This document shows, piece by piece, positions 1-8,434 of a stretch of DNA of 39,785 bases. A program made the position numbers and the translations under genes. The notes beneath the pieces were generated by a model. That model saw only the letters and a program-made list of their open reading frames with translations. It had not been told where the DNA came from and did not search any database. Where the stretch lies: the sequence record SRR20825010_4221, one strand, 5' to 3'. Within the stretch, counting starts at the first letter, position 1; every line of letters starts with the position of its first letter.

Positions 1-327
1 TTGCTCCCATTTCATCGGCATGCCTTGCTTAGAATTCATTTTGATCAAAATCTGACGGCTGTCAATTTCGTAAGAAAGCTTATCGAAAAGCATTTTACTT
101 TGCTCTAGCTGAGTTACTCCCGTAAACTGGATCAACCAGAATAAAAGATAAAGTACATAAGCGATCAAAGCGCCAATCCACCACCAATTTGAAGGAATGA
201 CAAAGGCCATGGCCGAAATGCTAATAGCAATTAAAACCACCCACCATTGCTCTTTAAGGATGTTTCTCATCCCAGCACGGATGTATGCTTTTTTGTCTAA
301 AGCGTATTTTTTTGTTTTTACAATCAT
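1..327 (-). CDS. YcxB-like membrane protein, 5' part (runs off the window start)
   Basis: Not in ORF track. Manual translation from ATG at 327: MIVKTKKYALDKKAYIRAGMRNILKEQWWVVLIAISISAMAFVIPSNWWWIGALIAYVLYLLFWLIQFTGVTQLEQSKMLFDKLSYEIDSRQILIKMNSKQGMPMKWEQ, open to base 1; two TM helices then a YcxB-like soluble domain. Confidence 0.75.
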   Translation of the reverse strand, partial: MIVKTKKYALDKKAYIRAGMRNILKEQWWVVLIAISISAMAFVIPSNWWWIGALIAYVLYLLFWLIQFTGVTQLEQSKMLFDKLSYEIDSRQILIKMNSKQGMPMKWEQ

Positions 328-369
328 GATAATTTACCTGCTAACTCGCACAGTGTCGAAAAAGGAACA

Positions 370-399
370 CAAACATAAGGATCAAAACCAAGGCTTCAA
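370..399 (-). promoter_or_regulatory. Bacteroidota housekeeping promoter for the YcxB-like gene
   Basis: -7 element TATGTTTG (370-377, minus) with TTG 19 bp upstream (397-399). Confidence 0.5.
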
Positions 400-437
400 T
401 CATTAACACTAAAAAATTGCGTTTCTTAACTTTCAAA

Positions 438-1295
438 TTATTCTGCTTTCAGGCTTATGTCCAGGCTTTTTGCCGAATGGGTTAGTGCACCAACGGAAAT
501 ATAGTCTACTCCAGTCTCTGCCACTGCCCCAATGGTCGATTCGGTAATGCCACCGGAGGCCTCGGTTTCTAAGCGGCCCTTGATCAAAGCCAAAGCTTCA
601 GTCATTAAGGCCGGGCTCATGTTATCGAGCATAATTCTATGCACACCTTCCAAGGTCAAAACTTCTTTAACTTCCTCTAAGTTACGGGTTTCCACCTCAA
701 TTTTAAGATCCCGCCCCGTTCGTTTTAAATAGTCTTTGGTTGCGGAAACTGCTTGAGTAATTCCACCAGCAAAATCATTATGATTGTCTTTCAACATGAT
801 CATGTCATATAAACCGAACCTGTGGTTCACCCCGCCACCAATAAAAACAGCCCATTTTTCCATCAGTCTAAAATTAGGGGTGGTTTTTCGGGTGTCTAAA
901 AGTTTTGTTGAAGTATGAGCAATTAACGAATTCAATTTGTGGGTGTAAGTCGCAATGCCACTCATGCGCTGCATGCAGTTAAGCATTAAGCGCTCACCAG
1001 AGAGAATGGCCCTTGAACTGCCATGGATCCTCATAATGATATCGCCCTTTTTGACCACATCGCCATCTTTCACCAAAGATTCTACTTTAATAGAAGGACT
1101 TAATTTTTTGAAAATGATTTCGGCCAATTCCACACCAGCAATAATACCGCTGTCTTTCATCAGCAGATAAGCCGAATTTTCAGCGTTTTCTGGAATAGAA
1201 GCTAGGGATGAATGATCGCCATCGCCAAGATCTTCGGCTAAAGCGCTTTCAATAAATTGATTGAGAGATTTTTCTGAAATGTATTTTGGCCACAT
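438..1295 (-). CDS. nadC: Nicotinate-nucleotide diphosphorylase (quinolinate phosphoribosyltransferase)
   Basis: Motifs DTRKTTP, GGGxNHRxGLYD, LKDNH, EVET, IMLDN, EASGGI, ISVGALTHS. Confidence 0.97.
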   Translation of the reverse strand: MWPKYISEKSLNQFIESALAEDLGDGDHSSLASIPENAENSAYLLMKDSGIIAGVELAEIIFKKLSPSIKVESLVKDGDVVKKGDIIMRIHGSSRAILSGERLMLNCMQRMSGIATYTHKLNSLIAHTSTKLLDTRKTTPNFRLMEKWAVFIGGGVNHRFGLYDMIMLKDNHNDFAGGITQAVSATKDYLKRTGRDLKIEVETRNLEEVKEVLTLEGVHRIMLDNMSPALMTEALALIKGRLETEASGGITESTIGAVAETGVDYISVGALTHSAKSLDISLKAE

Positions 1296-1299
1296 GGCT

Positions 1300-1307
1300 C
1301 AAAAATA
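1300..1307 (-). promoter_or_regulatory. -7 promoter element of nadC (probably leaderless)
   Basis: TATTTTTG on minus strand, 4 nt before the ATG; no clear -33 element. Confidence 0.45.
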
Positions 1308-1326
1308 CTAAATAGATTGCAAGGGC

Positions 1327-1758
1327 TTAACGGTCTTCAGTAAATTCCAGTCTATAGATTTTATAGTCCGTTTTATATTTCTTCGCCCGAAGTACTACTC
1401 TGTATTTTTTATTCCCAGAAACGTAAGAGCCGATAGCGTAAATTATTCCTCCGTCTGAATTCCCTTCGTGGATAAATTCTGTGGAATCGGCTGGGCTTTT
1501 CTGAAAAAATTGCTTCAGAACAATTTCTGCTTGGTTGGTGCTGTAGTCCTTTTTTTCATTGTCGAGTTTAATCTCCACCCTTTCGTGCAGGTATTTCACC
1601 AGCTCTCTAGAGCTCGAAGACTTTAATGCCTCTTGGACATTTTTTATCAACTTTTCTTCTGGAGTCTGAGCAAAACCTGATAAGGAGCTCAGTATCATCA
1701 AAAGAGACATGAAAGTAATAACGATATTTTTATTCCTCATTTTTAGTGACTTAGCCAT
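1327..1758 (-). CDS. DUF4783-like secreted protein
   Basis: Signal peptide ending GFA-Q; YSxxQAExVLKxFF motif typical of this Bacteroidota family. True start may be the downstream Met (MRNKNIV). Confidence 0.75.
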   Translation of the reverse strand: MAKSLKMRNKNIVITFMSLLMILSSLSGFAQTPEEKLIKNVQEALKSSSSRELVKYLHERVEIKLDNEKKDYSTNQAEIVLKQFFQKSPADSTEFIHEGNSDGGIIYAIGSYVSGNKKYRVVLRAKKYKTDYKIYRLEFTEDR

Positions 1759-1857
1759 TAGTTTAACGAAAATAATGCCAATTATTACTCTCCTTAGGTT
1801 AGTTCAGAATCAAATTAATACAATCGCTTTGGACTTACAAACCAGATCATAATAATA

Positions 1858-1865
1858 TATATTTG
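1858..1865 (+). promoter_or_regulatory. -7 promoter element of gpmI (probably leaderless)
   Basis: TATATTTG followed by CGCT and then ATG at 1870. Confidence 0.5.
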
Positions 1866-1869
1866 CGCT

Positions 1870-3387
1870 ATGGAAAAACGCGTTCTCTTAATGATCTTGG
1901 ACGGTTGGGGTTTAGGTACCGATTCCAACGTTTCTGCCATTGATCATGCCAAAACTCCCGTTGTCAATTCTCTCTATGAAAAATATGCCCATTCTAAACT
2001 AGAGGCTTCTGGTTTGGCCGTTGGTTTGCCAGCTGGCCAAATGGGAAACTCTGAAGTTGGCCATATGAATATTGGCGCGGGTAGAGTAGTGTATCAAGAT
2101 TTAGTGAGGGTAAATAAAGCGGTGGAAGAGAACACTTTGGCGGACAATCCAACTTTGAAGGCCGCATTTAACTATGCAAAGGAGAATTCAAAAAAAGTGC
2201 ATCTTCTTGGGTTGCTTTCCGATGGTGGGGTTCACTCTCACATCAATCACCTAAAAGGGCTACTGAGTATTGCTTCTGACAAAGGCTTGAAAGATGTTTT
2301 TGTGCATGCTTTTACTGATGGCCGCGATACTGACCCAAAAGGCGGAATTAAGTATATGGCCGATCTTGAGGCTCACATGGAAAAAACTACAGGGAATGTG
2401 GCTTCTGTGATTGGTCGTTATTACGCCATGGACAGAGACAACCGATGGGAAAGAGTGAAATTGGCTTATGATGCCATGGTGAAAGGAGCTGGTGTAAATT
2501 CAGAAAACATTACCGAAAGCATTGCCAAATCATATATTGAAGGCGTTACAGATGAATTTATCATTCCAATAATTCATACAAAAAATGGCGCTCCTTTGGC
2601 CACGATTGAAGAGGACGATGTTGTCATATATTTCAATTTTAGAACGGATAGAGGGAGAGAAATTACCCAAGCACTTACGCAGCGTGATTTTCCTGATCAG
2701 GAAATGAAAGCCATGAAACTTTACTTTGTTACCCTGACGAATTATGATGATTCTTTCAGTGGCGTTAAGGTGATGTTTGATAAAGACAACCTAAGAAACA
2801 CTTTGGGCGAAGTACTTGCTGAGGCAGGTAAAAAGCAGATTAGAATTGCTGAAACCGAGAAATATCCACACGTAACCTTCTTTTTTAATGGCGGCAGAGA
2901 GGTTCCATTTAAGGACGAAAAGCGGATTTTATGCCCCTCTCCTAAAGTGGCCACTTACGATTTGCAACCAGAAATGAGTGCGAATGATATTAAAGAGGCA
3001 ATTATAAAAGAATTGGATCAACAGGAAGTAGATTTTGTTTGTCTAAATTTTGCCAATGCAGATATGGTAGGGCATACTGGAGTTTTTGAAGCTGCAGTAA
3101 AAGCTTGTGAAACGGTAGACAAATGTGCTGGAGAAGTAATTGATGCAGCGTTGAAAAATGGCTACACCACCATCGTAATTGCTGATCACGGTAATTCTGA
3201 TGTAATGATAAATCCTGATGGCAGCCCAAATACTGCCCATACCACGAACTTGGTTCCTTGTATTCTCGTTGACAATGAATTAAAACCTCAAATGAAAGAT
3301 GGTAAACTTGGCGATTTAGCCCCAACCATTTTAACATTAATGGGACTTGAAATTCCTAAAGAAATGAGTGGGGGAATACTCTTATGA
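1870..3387 (+). CDS. gpmI: 2,3-bisphosphoglycerate-independent phosphoglycerate mutase
   Basis: ILDGWG, QMGNSEVGH (catalytic Ser), DGRD, GRYYAMDRD, AETEKYPHVTFF, DMVGHTG, ADHGN. Confidence 0.98.
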   Translation: MEKRVLLMILDGWGLGTDSNVSAIDHAKTPVVNSLYEKYAHSKLEASGLAVGLPAGQMGNSEVGHMNIGAGRVVYQDLVRVNKAVEENTLADNPTLKAAFNYAKENSKKVHLLGLLSDGGVHSHINHLKGLLSIASDKGLKDVFVHAFTDGRDTDPKGGIKYMADLEAHMEKTTGNVASVIGRYYAMDRDNRWERVKLAYDAMVKGAGVNSENITESIAKSYIEGVTDEFIIPIIHTKNGAPLATIEEDDVVIYFNFRTDRGREITQALTQRDFPDQEMKAMKLYFVTLTNYDDSFSGVKVMFDKDNLRNTLGEVLAEAGKKQIRIAETEKYPHVTFFFNGGREVPFKDEKRILCPSPKVATYDLQPEMSANDIKEAIIKELDQQEVDFVCLNFANADMVGHTGVFEAAVKACETVDKCAGEVIDAALKNGYTTIVIADHGNSDVMINPDGSPNTAHTTNLVPCILVDNELKPQMKDGKLGDLAPTILTLMGLEIPKEMSGGILL

Positions 3388-3965
3388 AATTGAAAAACCT
3401 AGTCTTCTTACTTTCTCTATTCCTGTTTGGTTGTTCTGTAGGACAGAAATCGGAACCTATACGACCAGGTACTTATTTTGACCTTGTCGAGCTATTAGAC
3501 GAGCAAATTGCTGCATTTGAAGTAAAAAGACCAACCCTCACCAAGGAGCTAAGCGTAAATGGTGAAACCGATCAAGTAATAGTTCAGTTTGATTCGGCAG
3601 AACAATGGAAAGAAGAGCTTGGCCTCTTTTATCAGGCTGACATTAATAAACTAGGTTTGGAGACGTCCTATACTACAGAAGAGCTTTCTACCGGAACAGA
3701 CGTCAAAAAAGTCATTGATACAGCCAAAACAGACAGGCCCGCGGTTCGCTCCATTGAATACAACTATAAGGCAAACCAGTTAGAAAGCATCCGAATTAGA
3801 ATGAAAGACGAAAACCCAGTGTATAAATTGGAAAAAGAGCTCAACCTCTATTTCAATGTGGTACAAGGAAAGTCGGTTTTGAGCTCTTTTTCTATTTCTG
3901 GCGATCAGAGTATGATCTTAAAAGACGAACTGAATTATAGCTTAAAAGCCACAATCGGAAAATAG
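3384..3965 (+). CDS. Hypothetical lipoprotein
   Basis: Lipobox LFGC after a hydrophobic stretch; ATGA overlap with the gpmI stop. Confidence 0.75.
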   Translation: MKLKNLVFLLSLFLFGCSVGQKSEPIRPGTYFDLVELLDEQIAAFEVKRPTLTKELSVNGETDQVIVQFDSAEQWKEELGLFYQADINKLGLETSYTTEELSTGTDVKKVIDTAKTDRPAVRSIEYNYKANQLESIRIRMKDENPVYKLEKELNLYFNVVQGKSVLSSFSISGDQSMILKDELNYSLKATIGK

Positions 3966-3966
3966 A

Positions 3967-4893
3967 TTATAAACGGAACAAAGCCTCAAGTAGGCTTAGG
4001 TTCTCTTTCCCTTTCTTTACCAAGAACAAAGGAATATCGCCACTTTCATAAACAAGCTTTTCAGCTACACTGCCAATTAAGAAGGCCGCAGCACTAGTTC
4101 GTCCCTTTGAGCCTAGAATAATCAAGTCCACTCCTTTATCAGAAGCCGTTTTATAGATTTTATCTGCTGGGTGAGGATCATCATCAAGCGCAAAAGTGTG
4201 CTCAAACTTGACATCACCAGTATCCATTTTCTTAAAGAACTTTTCAGAGTCTTTCTTAGTGTTTTCAAGCATAATCTCAGAAAACTCTTCATAATTCTTG
4301 CCTGATTTATGATAACCAGTCGGCACTCTATAGATGTGATTACTCATCAACTTTGCACCTGTTTGCTTCTGTAGGGCCATTCCAATTTCAAAAGCCATTT
4401 GAGAGTGCTCTGAATAGTCAATTGGAATAAGAATCTTATTTAACTCTAGTTTTGGGTTTTCCGGAACATACATTACAGAAGAAGGAGAACTCTTGGCTAT
4501 TTTGCTAGAATTCAACCCTGCGTTAGAACGGTGATGTTTTCTACCCAAAACCATAAGGTCTATTACCTTTACTTTGGCCATTTTAATCACTTCTTCAGTC
4601 ACTTTTCCGGTGGCTACCTTTATTTGAACATCACAGCCATTAGGAAGAACAAAGTTCTCATCCACCTTTGCTTTTATTTCGTGCTCAAGCGTTTCGTCTA
4701 GCGGAGCGATCAAATCAGGGTATTTATCTTGAATCTCTGCAGGCAGCTCCAATGATTCGGCAACATGTAAAAAGTAAACTGAATCAATTTCAAAAACGCG
4801 CGCTATCATAGACGCATACTGGATAAGTCCTTTATCTATCTCGGTGAGGTCTAGGCAGACCATCATTCGCTGAAATTTGCTGAGATCGTACAT
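3967..4893 (-). CDS. Tandem universal stress protein (two UspA domains)
   Basis: Two USP domains: VCLD..LHV..DLMVLG and ILIPIDYS..DLIILGSKG..IGSVAEKL. Confidence 0.92.
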   Translation of the reverse strand: MYDLSKFQRMMVCLDLTEIDKGLIQYASMIARVFEIDSVYFLHVAESLELPAEIQDKYPDLIAPLDETLEHEIKAKVDENFVLPNGCDVQIKVATGKVTEEVIKMAKVKVIDLMVLGRKHHRSNAGLNSSKIAKSSPSSVMYVPENPKLELNKILIPIDYSEHSQMAFEIGMALQKQTGAKLMSNHIYRVPTGYHKSGKNYEEFSEIMLENTKKDSEKFFKKMDTGDVKFEHTFALDDDPHPADKIYKTASDKGVDLIILGSKGRTSAAAFLIGSVAEKLVYESGDIPLFLVKKGKENLSLLEALFRL

Positions 4894-5037
4894 ATTTAAT
4901 AGAAAAATTTGTTGATGTAATTTATTGAAAAAATCAGGTCTAGCCCACCCATTAAAGGTTTTTTTGATAAGGTTTTATTTAAGGTTGGTGTTTGGTATCA
5001 ACATGCCTAACTTCGTGCGCTTTTAAAGAAAAAAGGT

Positions 5038-5364
5038 TTGGCAAATACGCAGTTTTTAGAAAAGATGAAAGAGCGATGGAATCTGAACTCGCTCGTTCAA
5101 GTGGTGTTGGTTTTGATTGTATTTTCGCTCACAGGAATGTCTGTAGTGTTTTTAAAGCCTTATGTTTTTAAGCTTTTTGGCATTGAAAGCCTAACGGGCA
5201 TCAAAGGAGTCTTTCTTTATTTACTCCTAATTCCTCCCTTATATCAAATTCTACTTTTGTTTTATGGCACCTTACTTGGCCAGTTTAACTTTTTTTGGAA
5301 GTGGGAGAAAAAAACTTTCAATTCTATAGGAAAGCTTTTCCGAAAGAGGAAAAAGAAGGGTTAA
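5038..5364 (+). CDS. DUF6787-like membrane protein
   Basis: KxRWxxxSxxQxxxxLIVFxxTG start and PxYQxLL...GQFxFFWxxEK motif; TTG start at 5038, alternative ATG at 5065. Confidence 0.7.
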   Translation: MANTQFLEKMKERWNLNSLVQVVLVLIVFSLTGMSVVFLKPYVFKLFGIESLTGIKGVFLYLLLIPPLYQILLLFYGTLLGQFNFFWKWEKKTFNSIGKLFRKRKKKG

Positions 5365-5437
5365 GCCAAAAGCATCTAATACGAGGAACTTAAAAATGGT
5401 ATATAGCATTCTTCTCTCTATTAACTATCTTTATTTC

Positions 5438-5860
5438 GTGGACAATCATATTAAAGAACTTTTAAGAGATCACGCGTTAAGGCTCACTCAGGGCAGAGCG
5501 GATATTATTGATGTTTTTCTCAATCACGAGGTAGCCGTTTCTCATGCGGACATTGAGGTGGCTGTAGATGGAAAGTATGATCGGGTAACAATTTACAGAA
5601 CCCTTAAATCTTTTTTAGACAAGGGGTTGATCCATAAAATACTTGATGACAAAGGGGGGATTCGATATGCCCTCTGTGCTGATTCCTGCTCTGAAGGAAG
5701 TCATCAACATAATCACATCCATTTTAAGTGTACCAAATGTGAACAAACTACTTGCTTGGAGCATGTTGGAATTCCCGTTGTAAAACTACCGCGTGGATTC
5801 ACTGGTGAAGAAAGTAATTTTTTGATTACCGGTATTTGTGACAAATGTAAACAGTTTTGA
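5438..5860 (+). CDS. Fur-family metal-responsive transcriptional regulator
   Basis: LRLT..R, DRVTIYRTL helix, HxHxHxHF, CxxC...CxxC. Start moved from 5396 to GTG 5438 because the upstream residues are not Fur-like and contain a TATCTTTA promoter-like element. Metal specificity not assignable. Confidence 0.88.
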   Translation: MDNHIKELLRDHALRLTQGRADIIDVFLNHEVAVSHADIEVAVDGKYDRVTIYRTLKSFLDKGLIHKILDDKGGIRYALCADSCSEGSHQHNHIHFKCTKCEQTTCLEHVGIPVVKLPRGFTGEESNFLITGICDKCKQF

Positions 5861-6082
5861 TTAATACGCTTTTTCAAGCTTTCTCTTTTTCAGCAATGGT
5901 GAATCAGGCCAAACAACACCAGGCGGCAAGTCTAAATTAGGTGGTGTAAACTCACCAATTCCTCCCTCATCATCATCTTCATGCCTATTTACCTTTCGGC
6001 TTTTCATAAGCTGAAAAGTCAAGTACGTAAGAATCACATAAGTGAGGCCACTTAAAATCAAATCTAAGTAAATGCTATCCAT
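5861..6082 (-). CDS. Small single-pass membrane protein with acidic/Pro-rich tail
   Basis: N-terminal TM helix, basic patch, then DDDEGG...PPNLDLPPGVVWP; fills the gap between two genes. Confidence 0.7.
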   Translation of the reverse strand: MDSIYLDLILSGLTYVILTYLTFQLMKSRKVNRHEDDDEGGIGEFTPPNLDLPPGVVWPDSPLLKKRKLEKAY

Positions 6083-6159
6083 TTCAAAACTTCAGAGAAA
6101 TGAAGTTACAAAATGTTTCTCTACAAAATCAATTAAAGGAAGGCTTTCCCGTCTATGAT

Positions 6160-7653
6160 TTAAAACGCGAAGAAAACAAGCCAAATCACAAACAGGATTG
6201 GTAATAGAATAGGAATGGAATACCTCAATATATAGCCAAAGAACGAAGGCATATGAATTCCCATTTGTTCAGCAATCGATTTTACCATAAAGTTTGGTCC
6301 GTTTCCAATGTAAGTCATGGCGCCAAAGAACACGGCACCGATAGATATGGCCATGAGCATGAACACGGAGTCATCATAAACGCCACCCAAGGCATAACTT
6401 TGAACATCACTAATTACTGCAATATCTCCGCCCTGTGAAGCCATGGCAGCCGCTAAGAAATTCAAGTAAGTAGGTGCATTATCCAAGAACCCTGAGAGAA
6501 TTCCTGTTCCCCAATACAAGGTATTGTGTGTGATTAGCGCACTTCCAGCTTCGGACTGTGCAAATTCACTCACCAAAGCCAATGCCGGCATCATCGTTCC
6601 AAAAATTCCAATAAATATAAATGCCACTTCCCTTATGGGCTCAAAATTAAATTCATTCCCTTTAATCGCACGCTTATCGGCAAACCTAAATGACAGGAAG
6701 CCTACAGAGAACATAATTAATTCTCGAATGTAGGAGAACTTCATTCCGTCATAGTAAATTGCTGGAACTCCTTCTATTACATTTGGATCAATAAAAACGG
6801 CTGCAATTATAATGGCCAACCAGATAAAATTTCTTGAACCAAGAATTTTGGTTTTGTTGGAGAAGGTTGAAATTTCTTCCAAATCTTCATCTGTATTACG
6901 TTTATCAAAAATGTAGAACACTAAGGATAGGATTCCTACTCCAGTAATCCATGGAATAATATTGTGCTCTAAAGTCCAAAAGAATGGCACTCCTTTTAGA
7001 AAGCCTAAAAACAATGGCGGATCACCAATTGGGGTTAGTGCACCACCAACATTACTCACAATAAAAATAAAGAAGATTATATGGTACGGCTGAATTCTCC
7101 CCTTATTCAATCGAACAAAAGGCCGGATTAAGAGCATTGAAGCCCCAGTGGTACCAATAAGGTTAGATATCACAGCCCCTATTACCAGTAGACCTACATT
7201 TGTTAACGGAGTGGCTTTTTTGTCCACATCAATCATTATACCTCCAGAAGCAATATATAAGGAGGATAATAAGGCAATGAATTGAACGTACTCTGCTAAA
7301 GCATGTACCGGATGGTTAACATCACCAACAACAAAGAGGTAGTATATAACCACAATTGCAGCCAAAGACACAGCAATTATTGGATAGTTCTTATGCCAAA
7401 AGTGCTCATAAAACAATGGGCCTGTGGCAATCATTACCAATAACAAAACAAATGGAATTACGGACCAGCCGGCAGGAGATGGATGTTCTTCATCAGAAGA
7501 GGAGGCAGCTGAATCATCATGTAATTCAATTGAGATCTTTTCAGAGGCCATAACCGTAACTGAAGTCGCAGGGGTAGCCCCATGGATATATTCAGCTTTG
7601 GCTATAAAAACCATAAACAACATGCACAATGTTAGTAGGAATCTGTTTTTCAT
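6160..7653 (-). CDS. IT-superfamily transporter (putative sodium:proton antiporter / CitMHS_2-like)
   Basis: Multi-TM; SNLIGTTGASMLL, SNVGGALTPIGDPPLFLG, FLDNAP, GAMTYIGNGPNFMVK; signal-peptide-like N-terminus. Confidence 0.85.
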   Translation of the reverse strand: MKNRFLLTLCMLFMVFIAKAEYIHGATPATSVTVMASEKISIELHDDSAASSSDEEHPSPAGWSVIPFVLLLVMIATGPLFYEHFWHKNYPIIAVSLAAIVVIYYLFVVGDVNHPVHALAEYVQFIALLSSLYIASGGIMIDVDKKATPLTNVGLLVIGAVISNLIGTTGASMLLIRPFVRLNKGRIQPYHIIFFIFIVSNVGGALTPIGDPPLFLGFLKGVPFFWTLEHNIIPWITGVGILSLVFYIFDKRNTDEDLEEISTFSNKTKILGSRNFIWLAIIIAAVFIDPNVIEGVPAIYYDGMKFSYIRELIMFSVGFLSFRFADKRAIKGNEFNFEPIREVAFIFIGIFGTMMPALALVSEFAQSEAGSALITHNTLYWGTGILSGFLDNAPTYLNFLAAAMASQGGDIAVISDVQSYALGGVYDDSVFMLMAISIGAVFFGAMTYIGNGPNFMVKSIAEQMGIHMPSFFGYILRYSIPILLPILFVIWLVFFAF

Positions 7654-8335
7654 TAAAGTCGCTGTGTGTCGCTAAAGTATACTTCTGATTCGAGAATACA
7701 AATTCGCTTTGCAGATTTTGGGCTAAGATAAGCATTAGCGGTAAAACCAATGTTAATCAAAAATCAAATTCAGTGGATTACACGAAATGTTAAGTTCTCA
7801 TTTAATTCTAAAACCTTCAAAACCGACATGACTTGAAATGCTCTAGAAATTTTAAACCGTTGTCTAATATATAAAGTCAATTATAGACTATTGAGTGACT
7901 GACCAAAGAATATTTACTCGAAAGGCAAAAATTAAAATCAAAGGGCAAACCAATCCCCTAATTGTTGGTGCCAAGTGCCAATGGGTTAGCCTTACGAAAT
8001 AACGATTCTTAAAGTTATGAAAACTCAAAAGCTCTGTTCTTGAAAACAGGCTCCTGACCCCCTTGAATCTTAGTCGCACAATAAATAACCACGGAGCATT
8101 GCCATACTCATTTTTATCAACTAACTTTATAGTCGTGTAATACATCTAGCTAACCTTTATTTTGAAACGGTAATGACCTAAGGTTTTCTATTTATTAGAC
8201 GATACCGAGTCAAACTTTGAGCTATGTGTAGGTATTTATAAATGTATCTAAGCATGTGATAAGAGGTAATTCTCACAATTTTGGTTAAAAATATCTGATT
8301 TTAAGCGGATTATTGGCTTACCTTTTTTAGAAAGG

Positions 8336-8366
8336 TTTGAAACTAAAAGAAAAGCTGACATATTTG
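8336..8366 (+). promoter_or_regulatory. Promoter of the OMP-TPR-lptC operon
   Basis: TTTG (8336-8339), 19-bp spacer, CATATTTG (8359-8366; one mismatch to TAnnTTTG). Confidence 0.55.
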
Positions 8367-8434
8367 TAACCCTCAAATTAGTGCTCGTTGGACTGAATGT
8401 GTTTAGGTTAAGTAATGCTCAAAAATATCATTAA
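8336..8434 (+). pseudogene. Possible relic of the 3' end of type III pantothenate kinase (coaX)
   Basis: Start-less frame reads FETKRKADIFVTLKLVLVGLNVFRLSNAQKYH*, resembling the Bacteroidota CoaX C-terminus as I recall it (FExKxKxxIF...LVLxGLN); lies where coaX normally precedes this operon. Confidence 0.5.

Noticed and set aside
197-406. 69-aa plus-strand ORF
   Set aside because: Antisense to the YcxB-like gene (1-327, minus) and its promoter.
7941-7993. AGGGCAAACC resembling the start of a c-di-GMP-I riboswitch
   Set aside because: Lacks the GAAA tetraloop, the ACGCAAAGCC junction and the second stem; far from the next start codon.
8042-8140. Frame reading LLTPLNLSRTINNHGALP, faintly like an internal CoaX motif
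   Set aside because: Similarity too weak to distinguish from chance by eye.
7888-8145. 85-aa minus-strand ORF in the long gap
   Set aside because: No recognisable motif or protein-like pattern; compatible with chance. Not fully excluded.
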